Shown one piece after another: positions 38,529 through 52,063 of a DNA stretch of 64,000 nucleotides. Both the position numbers and the translations under genes were made by a program. Every line of letters starts with the position of its first letter. The stretch's first letter is position 1. The notes beneath the pieces are model-generated. The model saw nothing but the letters and a program-made list of their open reading frames with translations, was not told where the DNA came from and ran no database searches. Location: positions 434,001 to 498,000 of the forward strand of contig CT868230.1 in NCBI GenBank assembly GCA_000165425.1, read 5' to 3'. Origin of the DNA: Paramecium tetraurelia (taxonomy: Eukaryota).

Positions 38529-39366
38529 TCAAGATTTTTTAACTCCACCTTACAAAATTTTAATTGCCTTCTAAATTTCCTAGTCTTAGTGTTGTGCCAA
38601 TTCAGTAAGAGAACTCACATAAGGTTTCTGATTGAGTTTCATTCTCCTCGACTATTCCTCAACAGAAAAAACTATAAGGAAAATGAAAGAAATTACCTGA
38701 CTTATTACTTCTTTGGTATAACTGTTGAACTGTTTTCTTTTGACCATGATATAGGGATTCATCTCTTTGTTAAGAAATTTACATCTATTGTTGTAACGAA
38801 TCTATTTATTCATTTTATGGTGTTAATACCATTTTGAGCTCTTGCTTCAAACCATTAGTTTTAACTGATTAATCATCACCTGGCAAATCTTATTGTTAAT
38901 GTTAAATCATTTGTTAGGGGTTCTGCTATTGAATTTATGGATTGAGATCATTAAATGAACTAATTTACTTAAGTGATGATATTTTGATGTCGCTTGAGGG
39001 AAGGTTTTAGAATTATTCCTCTGATTTTTTCTTTTTATGGTTGAGCTGATCTTTGATTGCTTGGGGTTTCAATATTATTTGGCCAACTTCTATACATAAT
39101 CGATTTATTTCATTTGCAAAGTGATGAACCGTTCCTACAGAAGCTGTTTCTTTTGATTATTCCTATTTTTAAGGTTCTTAAGGTTCAAGGATCTTTGCTG
39201 GATCACCATAACCTGTTTTTGGTGGATCCAAACCTCTCTTTGTGTAATATTCTAATGGGTTTCTTCTCAAAGTCTAAATTTTGGAAGGAGTGTCAATCTC
39301 GTTATATATTGTTGAATAAGAAGAAAAGGTTTGATATTTAGCAAAATGATTAAGGTCTTCAGCCAT
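38529..39366 (-). CDS. Hypothetical protein
   Basis: ATG at 39366 (MAEDLNHFAKYQTF...); open with tiny introns; the probable end is ...ILQGGVKKS-TGA. Confidence 0.55.
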
Positions 39367-39383
39367 TTATTTTAATTAAATTA

Positions 39384-42120
39384 ATGAACTAAGATCATGT
39401 TAGTTAATACACTTAGAGTCAGACTCCTCATAATCACGAACCCAACCCTTAGTTGTCAAGTAATTAATCATTGCATATCATGGTAGAATATTAATAAATA
39501 AATTGAAGAACCCAGAACAATTATAACTAATTTAAGAAATTGAAGAAGAATAAATACAGCCTTAAAAACAGAGGTTACGATTAAGTTTAGATTCTGACCG
39601 AGATAGAGATAGGGAGAGTGTTGGGAATCAATGGATTAAGTAGAGACCTGGCAGTTCTAGCCCATCGGATTAAAAAACTGTGAAAAATATAACAAATAAA
39701 AGTGGAAGTCAAGCTTTAGTAAGCGGTAATGGGCGTTCTAGTAAAACTCCGTAAGATTTTTAGGAGGAAATCATCCCCTAAGTTAGAAGTATTCTAAAAT
39801 AAGGGACATTTATAAGCCATTCCTCTTTACCTAGAAGCAGGGGCTTAAGACTTAGTAGATTATAAAGGTATGGATTCGTTATGAAATGGTAGCTTACATA
39901 GTTTGCCACAATCAATTAAAAAAAATAGAGTATATCCTGAGGAAATAAGAGATAACATTGGTTCAAACCAGAATGATTCTTTTTCTGACGATTCATTCTT
40001 CGAAGAAACTGAACAGAACGAATTAGGAGATGAAACCAGATATCGTTTCGATAAAAGGTAGCCAATATTATTTAAATTATAGATATGCAAATCTAAAATA
40101 TATTATATTTCCTGATGATCCTACAAAATTATTTTGGGATATATTAGTCGTTATCGCACTATTGTACATCTGTATCATGGTTCCTTATGATATCTCATTT
40201 AAAGATGATAATTAGGAGGAAACTCCAACTTAATTTGGTTTAGGATTGGCAATAGATCTTCTTTATGGAATAGATATTATAATCAATTTTTTGAGTGCGT
40301 ATGTAGATGATTAAGACGAATTGGTCGTTGATAAAACTACTATCATTAAACATTATTTAAAAAGTTGGTTCCTTTTGGATTTGGTTTGTGTTGTACCTTT
40401 AGATTATATCCTTGATAATAATGAAACTTCAGGATATTAGAAATTTGCTAAACTCCCCAAGGCTTATAAAATGATTAAATTAGTGAAGATGTCAAGAATG
40501 CTAAAATTTTGTGTATAAAAGAAAAAGTTCGGGGAGCTGATAACTTCATTTTCAAATATTACTGTAACAATTTTTGTTTTAAAATAGTAAAATATTAGAG
40601 TGATGATAATTTCATTGTTTTCTGTGATTCTAGTGAGTCATCTGTTTTCTTGCTTTTGGTATTTCATAGGAACTGTTTCATCTGAATCAGAAACCTGGAT
40701 TACGCATTATGTAGAAGATTAAACAAATTTTGAAAGATACATCATGAGTCTCTATTGGGTATTTCAAACCATGGCAACCACTGGCTATGGTGATATTTCA
40801 GCAACAAATAGCACAGAGCAAATGATTACAATTTTCATAATGATAATAGGTGTTGTGTTTTTTTCTGTCACTATTGGTTCTGTGAGTTCTTTGCTTACTT
40901 AATTGGATACTTAGAACCTTAAATACAAAGAAAAGATTGACACTCTTAATGAAATAACAAAGAATCATAAAATCGATAATGCTCTCTATGCTAAGATTTG
41001 CAAAGTCTTAAAACAAGGTTACAAAAATAACTAAAACGAAGTTGTAGAATTTCTTCATTTGCTCCCTTAAAATTTGAGAACCGAATTATCTTAAGCCATG
41101 TATAAGAATGTATTTCTGGGAATCGATCTTTTTAAATAGAAGCCATTAAGGTTCACTGCTTATATCGGACCCTTATTAACCATACTAAGAATACCTGAAG
41201 GTGATGTTATCTATAATGAAGGAGATTATGCAAGTGAAATTTACTTTATTAGAGAAGGAGGCGTTTCTTTGTGTATTAAAGAATGCGATTATCACCCCTT
41301 CGTTACCATAGATGCAGGATAATATTTTGGAGAAATTGAATTGATTAAAGAAACCTAAAGGAAGTACACTGCTATTGCATAAAAGTAATCTGAATTGTTG
41401 GCATTATCAAAATCACATTTCTTTAAAATATTTTTTTCGGAATTTAGAGAAATAGGAGAAGAATTGCATGAAGATGCTCGGAGGAAAAAGAGAGATTATG
41501 AAGACAAGTACACCAAAACAAAGGCATATCTATAAGGGTTAGAATAAAAGGCTGAACAATAAATTATTGAAGCCAATAATTAGCCAAAACAAAAATAAGG
41601 TTTAGAGTAATTCAAAAAAAATTTAATTTTTCAAGCTTAAACTAAAAAAGGATTCCTAGATAAGGCAATTAAAGATGCGGAGCAATTGGCATCGTGTGAA
41701 TTAAAGAGGAAAATGACCAAATTAAAGACTGTCCTACTCTAAAAGGGAATTATTAACAAATTTGATGAAAATAGTCCTACAAAAATATCTCCAAAAATGA
41801 TGAAACGTAATACTCTTAATAGTGAATATTAACCAAGGAAAATAGATAAAAGAAACACATTTTTACCTATGGAAATTCTCTAATAAGCATAATAGTTAAG
41901 TTCAGAAGATGATAATAAACAATCATAAAATAATTAATAAGAATAAAATGCTTTTAGATTCCCAAAAAAGGCTATGACAGCATTTATATCAGTCGATCAA
42001 AATTAACAATAGGAGGAATTTATAACATCTCAAGATGGTATGAATAATTCTTAGCATCCCTCATCATATAACACGAACATTTAGTTTTTAAAAAAAAGAA
42101 AAAAGCAATTATATCTTTGA
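39384..42120 (+). CDS. Voltage-gated K+ channel with cyclic-nucleotide-binding domain (EAG/CNBD-type)
   Basis: S1 KLFWDILVVIALLY, basic S4 KLPKAYKMIKLVKMSRMLK, pore TMATTGYGDI, C-linker LPQNLRTEL and CNBD GQYFGEIEL. Confidence 0.93.
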
Positions 42121-42125
42121 TTAGT

Positions 42126-42824
42126 ATGTTTTAAGATCTCTACATCAATCAAACTACTTAAATTTTATATTTTCATTTTAATCCAAAATTATTTCTTAGA
42201 TATTGCACAATGGTTTATTAATTTATGTGTTCATCGCCTATCAATTTTTAGTGGATGATAATTCTTATTATAAAATATTTTCTTAAAAATTGTAAAATCA
42301 TAAAAAGTTGCCAATCCTACTTCTGAATAAGCAAGAATATGAAACTTCTACTTTGCTTTTGTCCACTTAGGATTTCAATGCAAATTTATTATAATTTAAG
42401 GCAATAGGAATCATATCTCTAGTTTCACATTTAATCACTAAAGTCTGAAAATCAGTTTTGGGAATCCTTCAGGAAAATTACTCTTTATCTAGTACAATAT
42501 AGCATCATAAGGAAAATATAACTGAGTGAATAATGAATCAAGATATCTATCATCAGAGACAAGTGAACTCAAATAGGCTTATTTTGATCCAAATCATTAA
42601 AGAACTAAGCATAAATATGGAAAGTTTAATTCTGTAACTTTTGTAATTATATTTCATCCTATTTCAGAAAGCTCTTGCTTATTCTTTATCAACTTATCGA
42701 AAACTTAGATACCCAAGACAAGCAACTTCAGATTTATTCTTATATCAGTATTCGCTTATGGAAAGAAGGGAAGGGAGTGAGCAATTTGAGTTTTTAGGAA
42801 GCTCTAAAATTAGCTGAAAAATGA
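42126..42824 (+). CDS. Probable hypothetical protein, exon structure uncertain
   Basis: 3' frame LYQLIENLDTQDKQLQIYSYISIRLWKEGKGVSNLSFQEALKLAEK-TGA; the 5' part needs unresolved introns. Confidence 0.35.
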
Positions 42825-42919
42825 TTATATTAATTATGAGGATTTTTAAATTATCACACAATTATTTGTTTTCAAATCAAACACATTCTAATTATGAAGT
42901 CATTAATAATAATAATTTA

Positions 42920-44624
42920 ATGAGTGAACACTATAATTTTTCTGATTTTGTTAAATTCAGAAAGAGTAATACCTTTGGTATAGGGAAGATAGAGAACTTC
43001 AGCCGTGAGGAGGATTGGTTCGAATATTTCGAATATATTTTAAGTGAAGAATTACCAACAGGTTGGTTTATATATTGTATATTTTATGTATATTAATATT
43101 ATACAACACACATTTTCCAATATTCCTTATTATTGTATTTTTCTTTTTGATTAATTTTATTAGGTAAGCAACCACATCATGGATTATATGAAGTGTTTAA
43201 GACTGATTAATTAAAGAAAGGGAAAATGACAGATATTATTGAAAAAGTCCAATTAAGTAAACTCCCAGAGTATGTCCAAATGTCAGAAAAGAAAGGATAC
43301 GTGATGAGACAATAATTTATATCGAAAGATTTGATGCCCCTATTGAAATCCTGTTTTTGTGGTCAATATGTAAATCCGGATTAGGTACTTGTGCTATGTC
43401 CTTCATGTGAGAAGCCATTTCATGCTGAATGTCTAATTAAACAATTTGATCAAGGAAATGTTAATTGTGATTCATGCAGGGAAATCCTTTCTAGCCAATA
43501 AATTACAGATCGCATTAAGGATGCATTGTAGACAAGGTAATCTACAGTTGTTATCCAATCAAATTAACCAAAAATCTATGAATAATAAAGAGCAATTTAG
43601 ATTGAGGAAGAAGAGGAAGAAGAATAACTAGATAGAAATGAAAGAAGAATTGATTTAGAGAAAATAGTCAAAAAGATTAAAACCAAAGATGGCTAAATCT
43701 CATCTAAAGTGTAAATCGTGAGGCAAGATTCAAATAACAATGGAAATTCTAGAGACAAGAACAAATAACATGAAATTACTATCCCTTAAGCTAATCCTCC
43801 TGAACAATAAAAACAACAAACTCAACCATTTAAAAACATATCAGCCTAAGCAGTGGAAAAAATGAAAAGTTGGGTTGAGAGATACAGACAAATGGAATCA
43901 AACGCTTCAAGTTTTGAAAAGAAAAGACAAGAAGTCAGAGAAAAGTTCTTTTCAGTTATTTTTTATGGAATTGAAGAATTAAAAGACATGTATTAAAGAG
44001 ATCCTACATCTATTACACAACTAGAAAAAGAGATTATCAATAATTCTGACACAGCTTTATTTTAATACATTAAGAATTTGGCTTTAGACATTGAAGTTTA
44101 CACCCATATCAAGTTTAATACATAATACAAGACCAAATTAGAACCACTATATGTTGAAAGATGCAAACTCATTTATTTACACATGAAAGATGACAAAAAC
44201 TTAGAATTGAGAAGAAAAGTCATCTCCAAAGAATTCTAAGCCTAAGATTTGAGTACCAGAGATGAAAGAGATCTCTACAATCCAGAGAAGAGAAAATAAA
44301 CTCAAGAGATAGCTATGAGAGTTATTGAACTTAATTAAAAGGATAAAGATGAAGAACAAAAAATTGCCAAAGATATTGAAGAAGTATCATTTTCCAGGAA
44401 TGTAAATATTTTTATTATTTTAGTAATCAATTAATGAAGAGATCTAAATCCCCACTTAAAAGAAGGATGGACATTCAACCAGAACACTTTTGAAAGAAAA
44501 AATGATGGAATATTCAGTCGAAAAATCTATAATGAGATTTAAAAAAAGAATTGCTGATGAACTTAATGACAAGGAGCGTCTACTAATATTAGCCAGTTTA
44601 GAATAGTATCAACTCCATTAATGA
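42920..44624 (+). CDS. BAH-PHD-TFIIS central (M) domain chromatin/transcription protein
   Basis: BAH-like FGIGKIE...EELPTGKQPHHGLYEVFKTD; PHD CFCGQYVNPDQVLVLCPSCEKPFHAECL...NCDSC; TFIIS-M-like LALDIE...YVERCKLIYLHMKDDKNLELRRKVISKE. Confidence 0.75.
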
Positions 44625-46106
44625 ATATTCAAATATTATTTGTTTTATATAAATCATTATGTATGAAGTTACGTTATTTCTACCAAATTTTTAGTAACAA
44701 GAAACTATTAAATATTTCAATTTCTTATTAGAATTTAATCAATTTTACCTAATCATGGAAGTTCTTACACTTTTACAAAATTAGCAAATCTCACTATTTT
44801 CAATAATAAATTTTACTTTAAATTATTTAAAAAAATTGACTTCAATTTTAAATCCTAAATTGATTATAATTATATTACTTGTATATTTTAATCTATATAT
44901 TTTCCAACCAATTGTACTTTTTTTTGAATGTTTTATTATTTACTTCTATTTCCATTCTTCATGCTTTTGAGTTTTCTCCTTTCAATGAAAATCGATAAAT
45001 AAGTGAATTCTTTATTATTTTATTTAAGCTGTTAAGTCCTTCATTAAAATTCTTGATTTCTCCTTTTATAAGAATATAGCGAGGACTTTGTAGTCATTAT
45101 CAACACTCTCCTCATCTTGATTGCCTATTAGGTTAATCTTTGCTTTATTCGTTGGTATCTATATTTGTATTTATAGTTTTTATTTATATGAAAGAATTTT
45201 TAAATATAATCTTTTATTTTAATCAATCTTAAAAATACTTGATCTTTTCATACTTTAAGTTAGATTGTTATGTTTACAAATTAGCTATTTCTTATCAATA
45301 AATGCATAGATTTAGATTCTTAAATTCTACCTTTCATATGTTTCCATTTTGACTAGAATCCAAATAAAGTGATTTTCTAATTCAACTTTTGATATTAGTT
45401 TTGATTAATTAAATCTATTTATTTTAGTAGCTTTTTATTTTAAAAAAATGAATTCTATATAACAAGCATTATTAGAATAATTGGGTTTATAAAATATTGA
45501 CATAAGTCTAATACATGATAATATAACTAGTTTATTTCAAAATCAGTTTACATAAATGTTAGTACTAATTAATACTTAATTTTTGTACTAATTTTTAATC
45601 AAAATATACGAAAAGATAATATGGGTAATTTTATTAGTTGATTTGAATATAATGAAATAATATTCGATTTTAATATGAAATATGAGATTAAGGATTGGAT
45701 TTAAGAAATTGATTTGAGAATTTTACAGGAATACTGAGGTGGATAAAGATTATTATTTTATTATAATCGAAATTTCCAATTAACAAGAAATACCATTCTC
45801 CTTATATAAAATATCAAATTTAACTAAAATTAATTTAAATAAAATCATCAATTTAATAAAGTAAAATTAGATGAAACATAATTTATCTCAGGTAAAAATT
45901 AGAATCAAAATTTAAATAATATTACTATAATTATTTATTTCCTCTACAGAGGATTAATTGAAAATAAATATGAGTTTCATTATTAAAAGGACAGCGATAG
46001 TCATCTAATTTTATTTGATACTTAATTTAAATGCTTACGAAAAATGAATAAAGTGATATTAGATATTTCTAATTAATATAAAATCACAAACAGATATATA
46101 ATACTA

Positions 46107-46637
46107 TCATGGATCCAATTTCAAAAGTCTTCCATTAGTTAATTATCTATTAATTTTTCTTTTGGGCCTTTGTTCATTCTAATCCAAACCCATATGTTCC
46201 AATTTATTCCCTTAATTAATGAGATCTAAAACTGGGACTATTTAGACTCTTTTATCCCTACACTTGAGTAGCTTACTAATCTTGTCATTTTGCTCATCTA
46301 TTTCAGTTTTGATTCTTCTGTTTAAATCAGAATTCATTACTAGTACTTGGGTATACACTGAAGATTGTTATGAGGTTCTATTTTCATTGTTTTAAAATGG
46401 GTTTCGCTTCTCCTCAATTTTAGGTAAGCTTTATTCATAGATAGGATCTAAAGAAGCGGGCTTTTGTTGGAGGTTGTAATTTTATTTTGTAAATTTATTT
46501 CCTGAAATTTTAAGGGGAGTATAGTAGTTTTAAGGTAGAAGATCAAAAGAATTGAGAAATCCAGAAGGTCTAACATTTCTGAGAGGTTTGAATGAGATTT
46601 CAGATTATTTAGGTTGTTTAAAGTATTGATTGCTCAT
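46107..46637 (-). CDS. Intronless hypothetical low-complexity protein (176 aa)
   Basis: Uninterrupted ATG-to-TGA frame in ciliate code: MSNQYFKQPKQSEISFKPLR...RLLKLDP. Confidence 0.65.
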
Positions 46638-47012
46638 TTAGATTTAGAATTTTTATTAATTAATTAATCTTAAAGAAGACTTGCTTTTTCAAATTAGTTC
46701 AATTATTTAAAGGCTCATCATCTTATACTTTAAAAAAATGATATTCTTTGTCAATCTTATCAAAATGGTTAAACCCCTCCAAAACATGCCGAGATTTGGA
46801 TATAAAATAAGAGATATCTAAACATTCTGAATTTCTAATGGAAATGGCAGAGTAGATATTTGATATTGATCAATGCAACGAACTGATAAAATCAAGAATA
46901 TGGATTTAATTCAGAACAATAATGCTCAATGAAATATTTGATAATTTTTATATGTATATATATATAAGTATTTGAGTATAATTTGTGAAAATTCAAATCT
47001 TTTTAATAATTA

Positions 47013-47980
47013 ATGGCATTTGTTAAGCTTGTTAAAGGTACTCCATATTTCAAAAGATTCTAAACTAAATTCAGAAGACGAAGAGAAGGAAAGACTGATT
47101 ACTATGCAAGAAGCAGATTGATCGTATAAGACAAGGATAAATACAACTCACCAAAATACAGATTTGTAGTTAGACACACAAACACAAAGATCATTTGCTA
47201 AGTGATCTACGCCACCTTAAAGGGAGACAAGGTTGTGTCTGCTGCTGAATCTACCGAATTAAAGAGATTTGGTTTAACTAGTGGTTTAACCAACTATGCT
47301 GCTGCATATGCCACAGGTTTATTATTGGCCAGAAGAACACTTAAAACATTGAAGATGGATAAATTCTATGAAGGTAACAAAACCATCGATGGAAACTTGT
47401 ATGATGTTGCTGAAAAGGAAAACCCAGAAAGAAGACCATTCTTTGCAGTACTTGATATTGGTTTGGTCAGATCAACTCTCGGAAACAGAGTCTTCGCTGC
47501 CTTAAAGGGTGCTGCTGATGGTGGTATTCACATCCCACACAACAACAGAAGATTCCCAGGATTCTCTGTTGATAATGACAAGAAAGAAAAATATGATGCC
47601 AATGTTCACAAGGACAGAATCTTTGGTGTTCATGTTGATAAATATATGGCTCTCTTATAAAAGGAGAAGAAGACAAACAAAGATGGAAGATCTAAGTTTG
47701 ATGTCTAATTCCACAATTGGGAACAAACCTTGAAGACTGTAATATAATAAATTAATATTAATAGGCTGGTGTCAAATCAGTTTAAGAATTGTTCAAGAAG
47801 ATTCACGATGAAATCAGAAAGAACAGTGACAGAGTTAAGAGAGGTGCTAAATAAAATCCAAAGAGAGATCACACCAAATATAGAGCTAAGAGATTAAATG
47901 CTAAATAAAGAAGAGCTAATGCTTTAAAAAAAATCGATATTGCCACCAAATAAGCTGCTAAATTAAAGAAGAAGGCATGA
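47013..47980 (+). CDS. RPL5: 60S ribosomal protein L5 (uL18)
   Basis: [51 protein letters not shown] and GNRVFAALKGAADGGIHIPH; one 25-nt intron. Confidence 0.97.
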
Positions 47981-48155
47981 TTTCATATATATTTGGTACA
48001 TTATAAAAATATCCCCAATCTAATACAATATTATAATCATTTCCTCTGCTCTATTCAAAGGTCGATCTCATTGATATAAACTTATTTTACTTTAATAAAG
48101 CATAAATAGAATCTATATTTTTAATTATTTTGAAAAGAATAATATAAATATTTAT

Positions 48156-49230
48156 ATGTCAACTTAGTATAGAATACCATCCAACGATAATTATATTCGA
48201 GACTTAGAAAACATTTCACAAAGGTAACTTTGAAATCATAATGAAAAGAGAGCGTCATGGATTATTCAATCAACCTCCTCCATTGCTATTGGGAGACTAA
48301 TATAACGATGCCTTAAAAAGTAAGTAATATTCTTATTTGCATCTAGGCAAAGGCAAGGAAAAAGCCATTTTGGTCAATACAAAATTATAGAAAAAGCATG
48401 AACCTGCGTTATTCTAGGAGCCCGGTTACACAACATTAAATGATCCATACAAAGATTAATTTAAAGCTAAATAAATTTACGATAAAGAAAGAGAATTAGC
48501 AATAAAAAATCCAAATTGTTTCAAGCCAAATGATCAGGTTAAATCAATGTAAATATATATTCTTTGAAAATCAAAGTAAGCATTCTGAATTCGAACACAT
48601 GAAAGAATTTAATGATAAAGTATTTAATACCAGAACTCCAACTGGAGATGTGAGAACCTAAGCCAGAAATTTTTTAACTAATCCTGCCAAGAAAGGGTTA
48701 GGCAGAACCACATCTAATAATTTATTTGGATAAATCGAATATATACCTGATCCTTATGATAGATAAGAGGAGCTAGAGAGACGAGAAAGAATTAAACATA
48801 GGAACAAGTTTTTACCAGGAACAACAAGGTTTATTACAACAAGTCATGGTAATCGACCTTTTACTGCTGATGGTACATTACTTGATGGAGCTGGATATTT
48901 ATCTCGTAAATACTTCATTCTAATAATAAAGAAACGAAAAGACCTTTTTATAAAGGTGCTCCATTTAGACCAGCTAACTAAAATAAAAAAGGATTTTAAG
49001 GAACATTCGAAGTGCTCTAATATATGGAAGAAGGTGCATCAGATCCTAAGACCAAATAAAATACTTTTCAACAATTGAGTGCAACATAAACCTATGAGAA
49101 ACCTTGGAGACCTAATTCGAACGGAACTTTTGCTCGGCCATGTCCAAGTGTTTCGCAATAATTAAGAAATAGAAGTGTTGGATCAAATCAAAAGGGTGAA
49201 ATAAGGAGTGCAATAATTGCAATAAATTGA
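48156..49230 (+). CDS. CFAP96: Ciliary protein CFAP96/C4orf47-like (DUF4586)
   Basis: ERHGLFNQPPPLLLGDQY, FQEPGYTTLNDPY and RNFLTNPAKKGLG...EYIPDPYDR. Confidence 0.7.
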
Positions 49231-49787
49231 ATGTTTAAATTAGACATAAATTATGCAATTCTCAATCAGTAATCTATTAAAAGATATATAAATCATTTGC
49301 CTTCCCTTTGTCTATTTATTCATATTTTTGATAAATTTTACTCATTAAAAATAACATTTACAAATATAATTTTTGTCAGTTTCACAATAATGAATTTCTC
49401 CACATTTAAGATATTGAAAGATAATATAAGTAGAACAGCTTAATTGGAAAATATTATTGCTAAAGTTATGTAATATTGTTGAGGAAATTATTTTTGGAAA
49501 AAGTAATCTTGTGTTTATTATGATTTGGATTACTAGAATCATATAATTTGCCATAAAAATTTCTTGATTTTCATATTTAATCTTACCATTCCCAACTTAG
49601 GACTATTTATTATTCAAAAATCCAAATTGATCATATATTGTCAGATACTCAGTTTTTGATTGTTGCATTTTGTAATAACCATATCAATAATCGGGATCAC
49701 GTCTTTATGTTTGGGCTTTATGAAACCCCCATATAGGATGTAGAAGTTATTTATATAATTTTTGCATTTATTTTAATATTTTATAAA

Positions 49788-51377
49788 TCAAATTTCTTAC
49801 TTTTTATGAATACTTTGGAAGGAACGTGCTTATAACTAAATATTAAATATTATATATACGCTTTGAAATCTATGGCAAGGTGTTTAGATTACAGAATGAG
49901 AGCTGTGTGATAATGTTTATTATCTTTTATTCTATGATAAATAAAATTATGTGCTATGACTCGAATCAATAGAGGAACGCATATCCAATTTCTATGATTA
50001 TTTTTACTATGAATTGTTTTAATTTTTGTATATCTTATCTAATATTTCTAGTGCTTATTTCATATTAAAATGATTATTTTATGGTTATTGTGGTTATTTT
50101 ACTTTTGAAAATTGTATTCTATCCATTGGGGAAGGATTTCTACTAGTAACATGGGAGTTTTACAATTATAATGAAGCTGTTTATTTATGATATATAATTT
50201 GAGGTTGGCTTCTATGTAATTGTATATTTTGGTTTGCTTACTATTAATTCTTCTAAGAATTAAACTAAACTTATTGAATTGAATTCTTTTTGCTGAAATC
50301 TGGATCAATTTATTATTTTTATGGAAGAACGTGTAATTATTTGAATTATTATAAATAATTTCCATTAATTTATTAGATTTGGATTTGGTTCTGGTTTTAA
50401 TTATACTTTATAGTGTTTATGATCTCTGCTTAATGTTAATTTTAATTTTAAGGTTTTTGATGTTTAATCCTGTTTATTTCTTCTTTATCGAATATTTAGA
50501 CACTAGAACAAGATTAGTAACCTTATTCAGTTTTGATAATTTTAGCCTATTTTATTGTAATAGGAATTTAAAATCTATTTTTTAATATATTCTTTAATTC
50601 AACAAAATCCAAACCCATTTCAGCATCTTTATGTAATAATTTGCTTGTTAGTTGTAGTAACTGTAAACTGTATTTACCCATTAGTTGTTTTAGAGCACTG
50701 CTAAAGCTTAATTAGCTTGCTAATAAATAATATAAATTAATATTACATCTTTGAGTCATCATTTCTAAACATAATAGCCCCAATTAAAAAATATCTTCAG
50801 AAATTGAATCTTTATTTTACCGTTTTTAGCCTAAGTTGTCTAACAGTTTGGCATTTTACTACTTATCAATAAAAATTGCTTCTGATGTTAGATTTCCATG
50901 GAATTTATTCAAACTCTGAATATATTGCATTACATCTACGATTTATTCAACAAACTTAATTTTATAATATTAGATACAGCCCAGATTTACTCTTCTTTTA
51001 ATGGAGCTTGAATTGTAATTTATTTTAATGTTTTTGGCGAATACTCGAAAAAATATTATTATTTCTCTACACCCCCCAATTATATTGACTTAGAACAGGC
51101 ATAATATTTTAATAAATTTGGATGTTACATTTTACATCTCTATTAATGGACTTATAATAATTATGCATCCAATTTTGATGTTTAAATAACCTTTCATAAT
51201 AATAATCATAAATACGAGAGAAAATAACTAATGTTATGGGTCTTTTTTCATTTACCATAATTTTATTGGTCCCAGAGATGGGTGAATCTAAGTTCCTTTA
51301 TCCAATAATTATTCATTTAAGTCTTGTATAAAAGCAAGGTCAGAATCATAGTTTACGAAAACTTGCTGATTTCCCAT
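49788..51377 (-). CDS. Degenerate protein-kinase-fold protein (pseudokinase) with Gln/Asn-rich tail
   Basis: MGNQQ start, HPNLLKYYAC, MQYIQSLNKFHGNLTSEAIFID and DIFQLGLLCLEMMT; lacks HRD and DFG. Confidence 0.65.
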
Positions 51378-52063
51378 AAATTTATTAGGCAAATAAATTA
51401 TATTTTTATTTAAATCATATATTTTTAAATCAAATTTTATTAATTATAATAATTTTATTGAACAACATAATTCACTAAAAATGAAATAAAAACAAATTAA
51501 TTATATCATTTAAGGAATTTAATTTATTATTTGACAGAAAATGAATAATATTAAATATCTTTTTATAATTGTTATGATATCAATTTAAGTTAAATAAACT
51601 CAAAATTACAGACAAACCTAATATGTCTAAGTGTTTTAAATAAGATTAAACATCAAACTTTTTTTCATCTAACTTTGTATTATCTTATTAGTGAATATTA
51701 ATTATTCAAATCATCTAAAAATTTTGGTAAAAGTCATCAAATTACTTTGCATCCTTTTTCAATAATAGTTTTATGATTTTTGTAATTGAATTCGACTTAT
51801 TAATGATTTTAAAAGATTATATAGAATTTCCATTAAATAATTGATGTAAAATACAAGACAATCTTGTGATATAATTTGTACGTATATTGTTTAATTTGGC
51901 TCATATTTTTATATTTATAAAATATAATTTTTCTTCATAATTTATTAAATTTAGAAACGTTGATTCTTTACCATTTTATGTAAACTTATTGAGTTTAATA
52001 AAAATTAGAATAGCATATAAGAAATTAATTGTGTTGATATAATTAAAGAGTAATAGAATATAA

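Noticed and set aside
44700..45503. Weak - strand coding signal starting MSIFYKPNY
   Set aside because: The sequence is extremely AT-rich and a complete gene model could not be supported.
46738..46830. Possible box C/D snoRNA upstream of RPL5 (ATGATA...CTGA)
   Set aside because: The C box is poor and no rRNA-complementary guide could be recognised by eye.
47467..47733. Overlapping ORFs within RPL5
   Set aside because: These are alternative-frame artefacts of biased codon usage.
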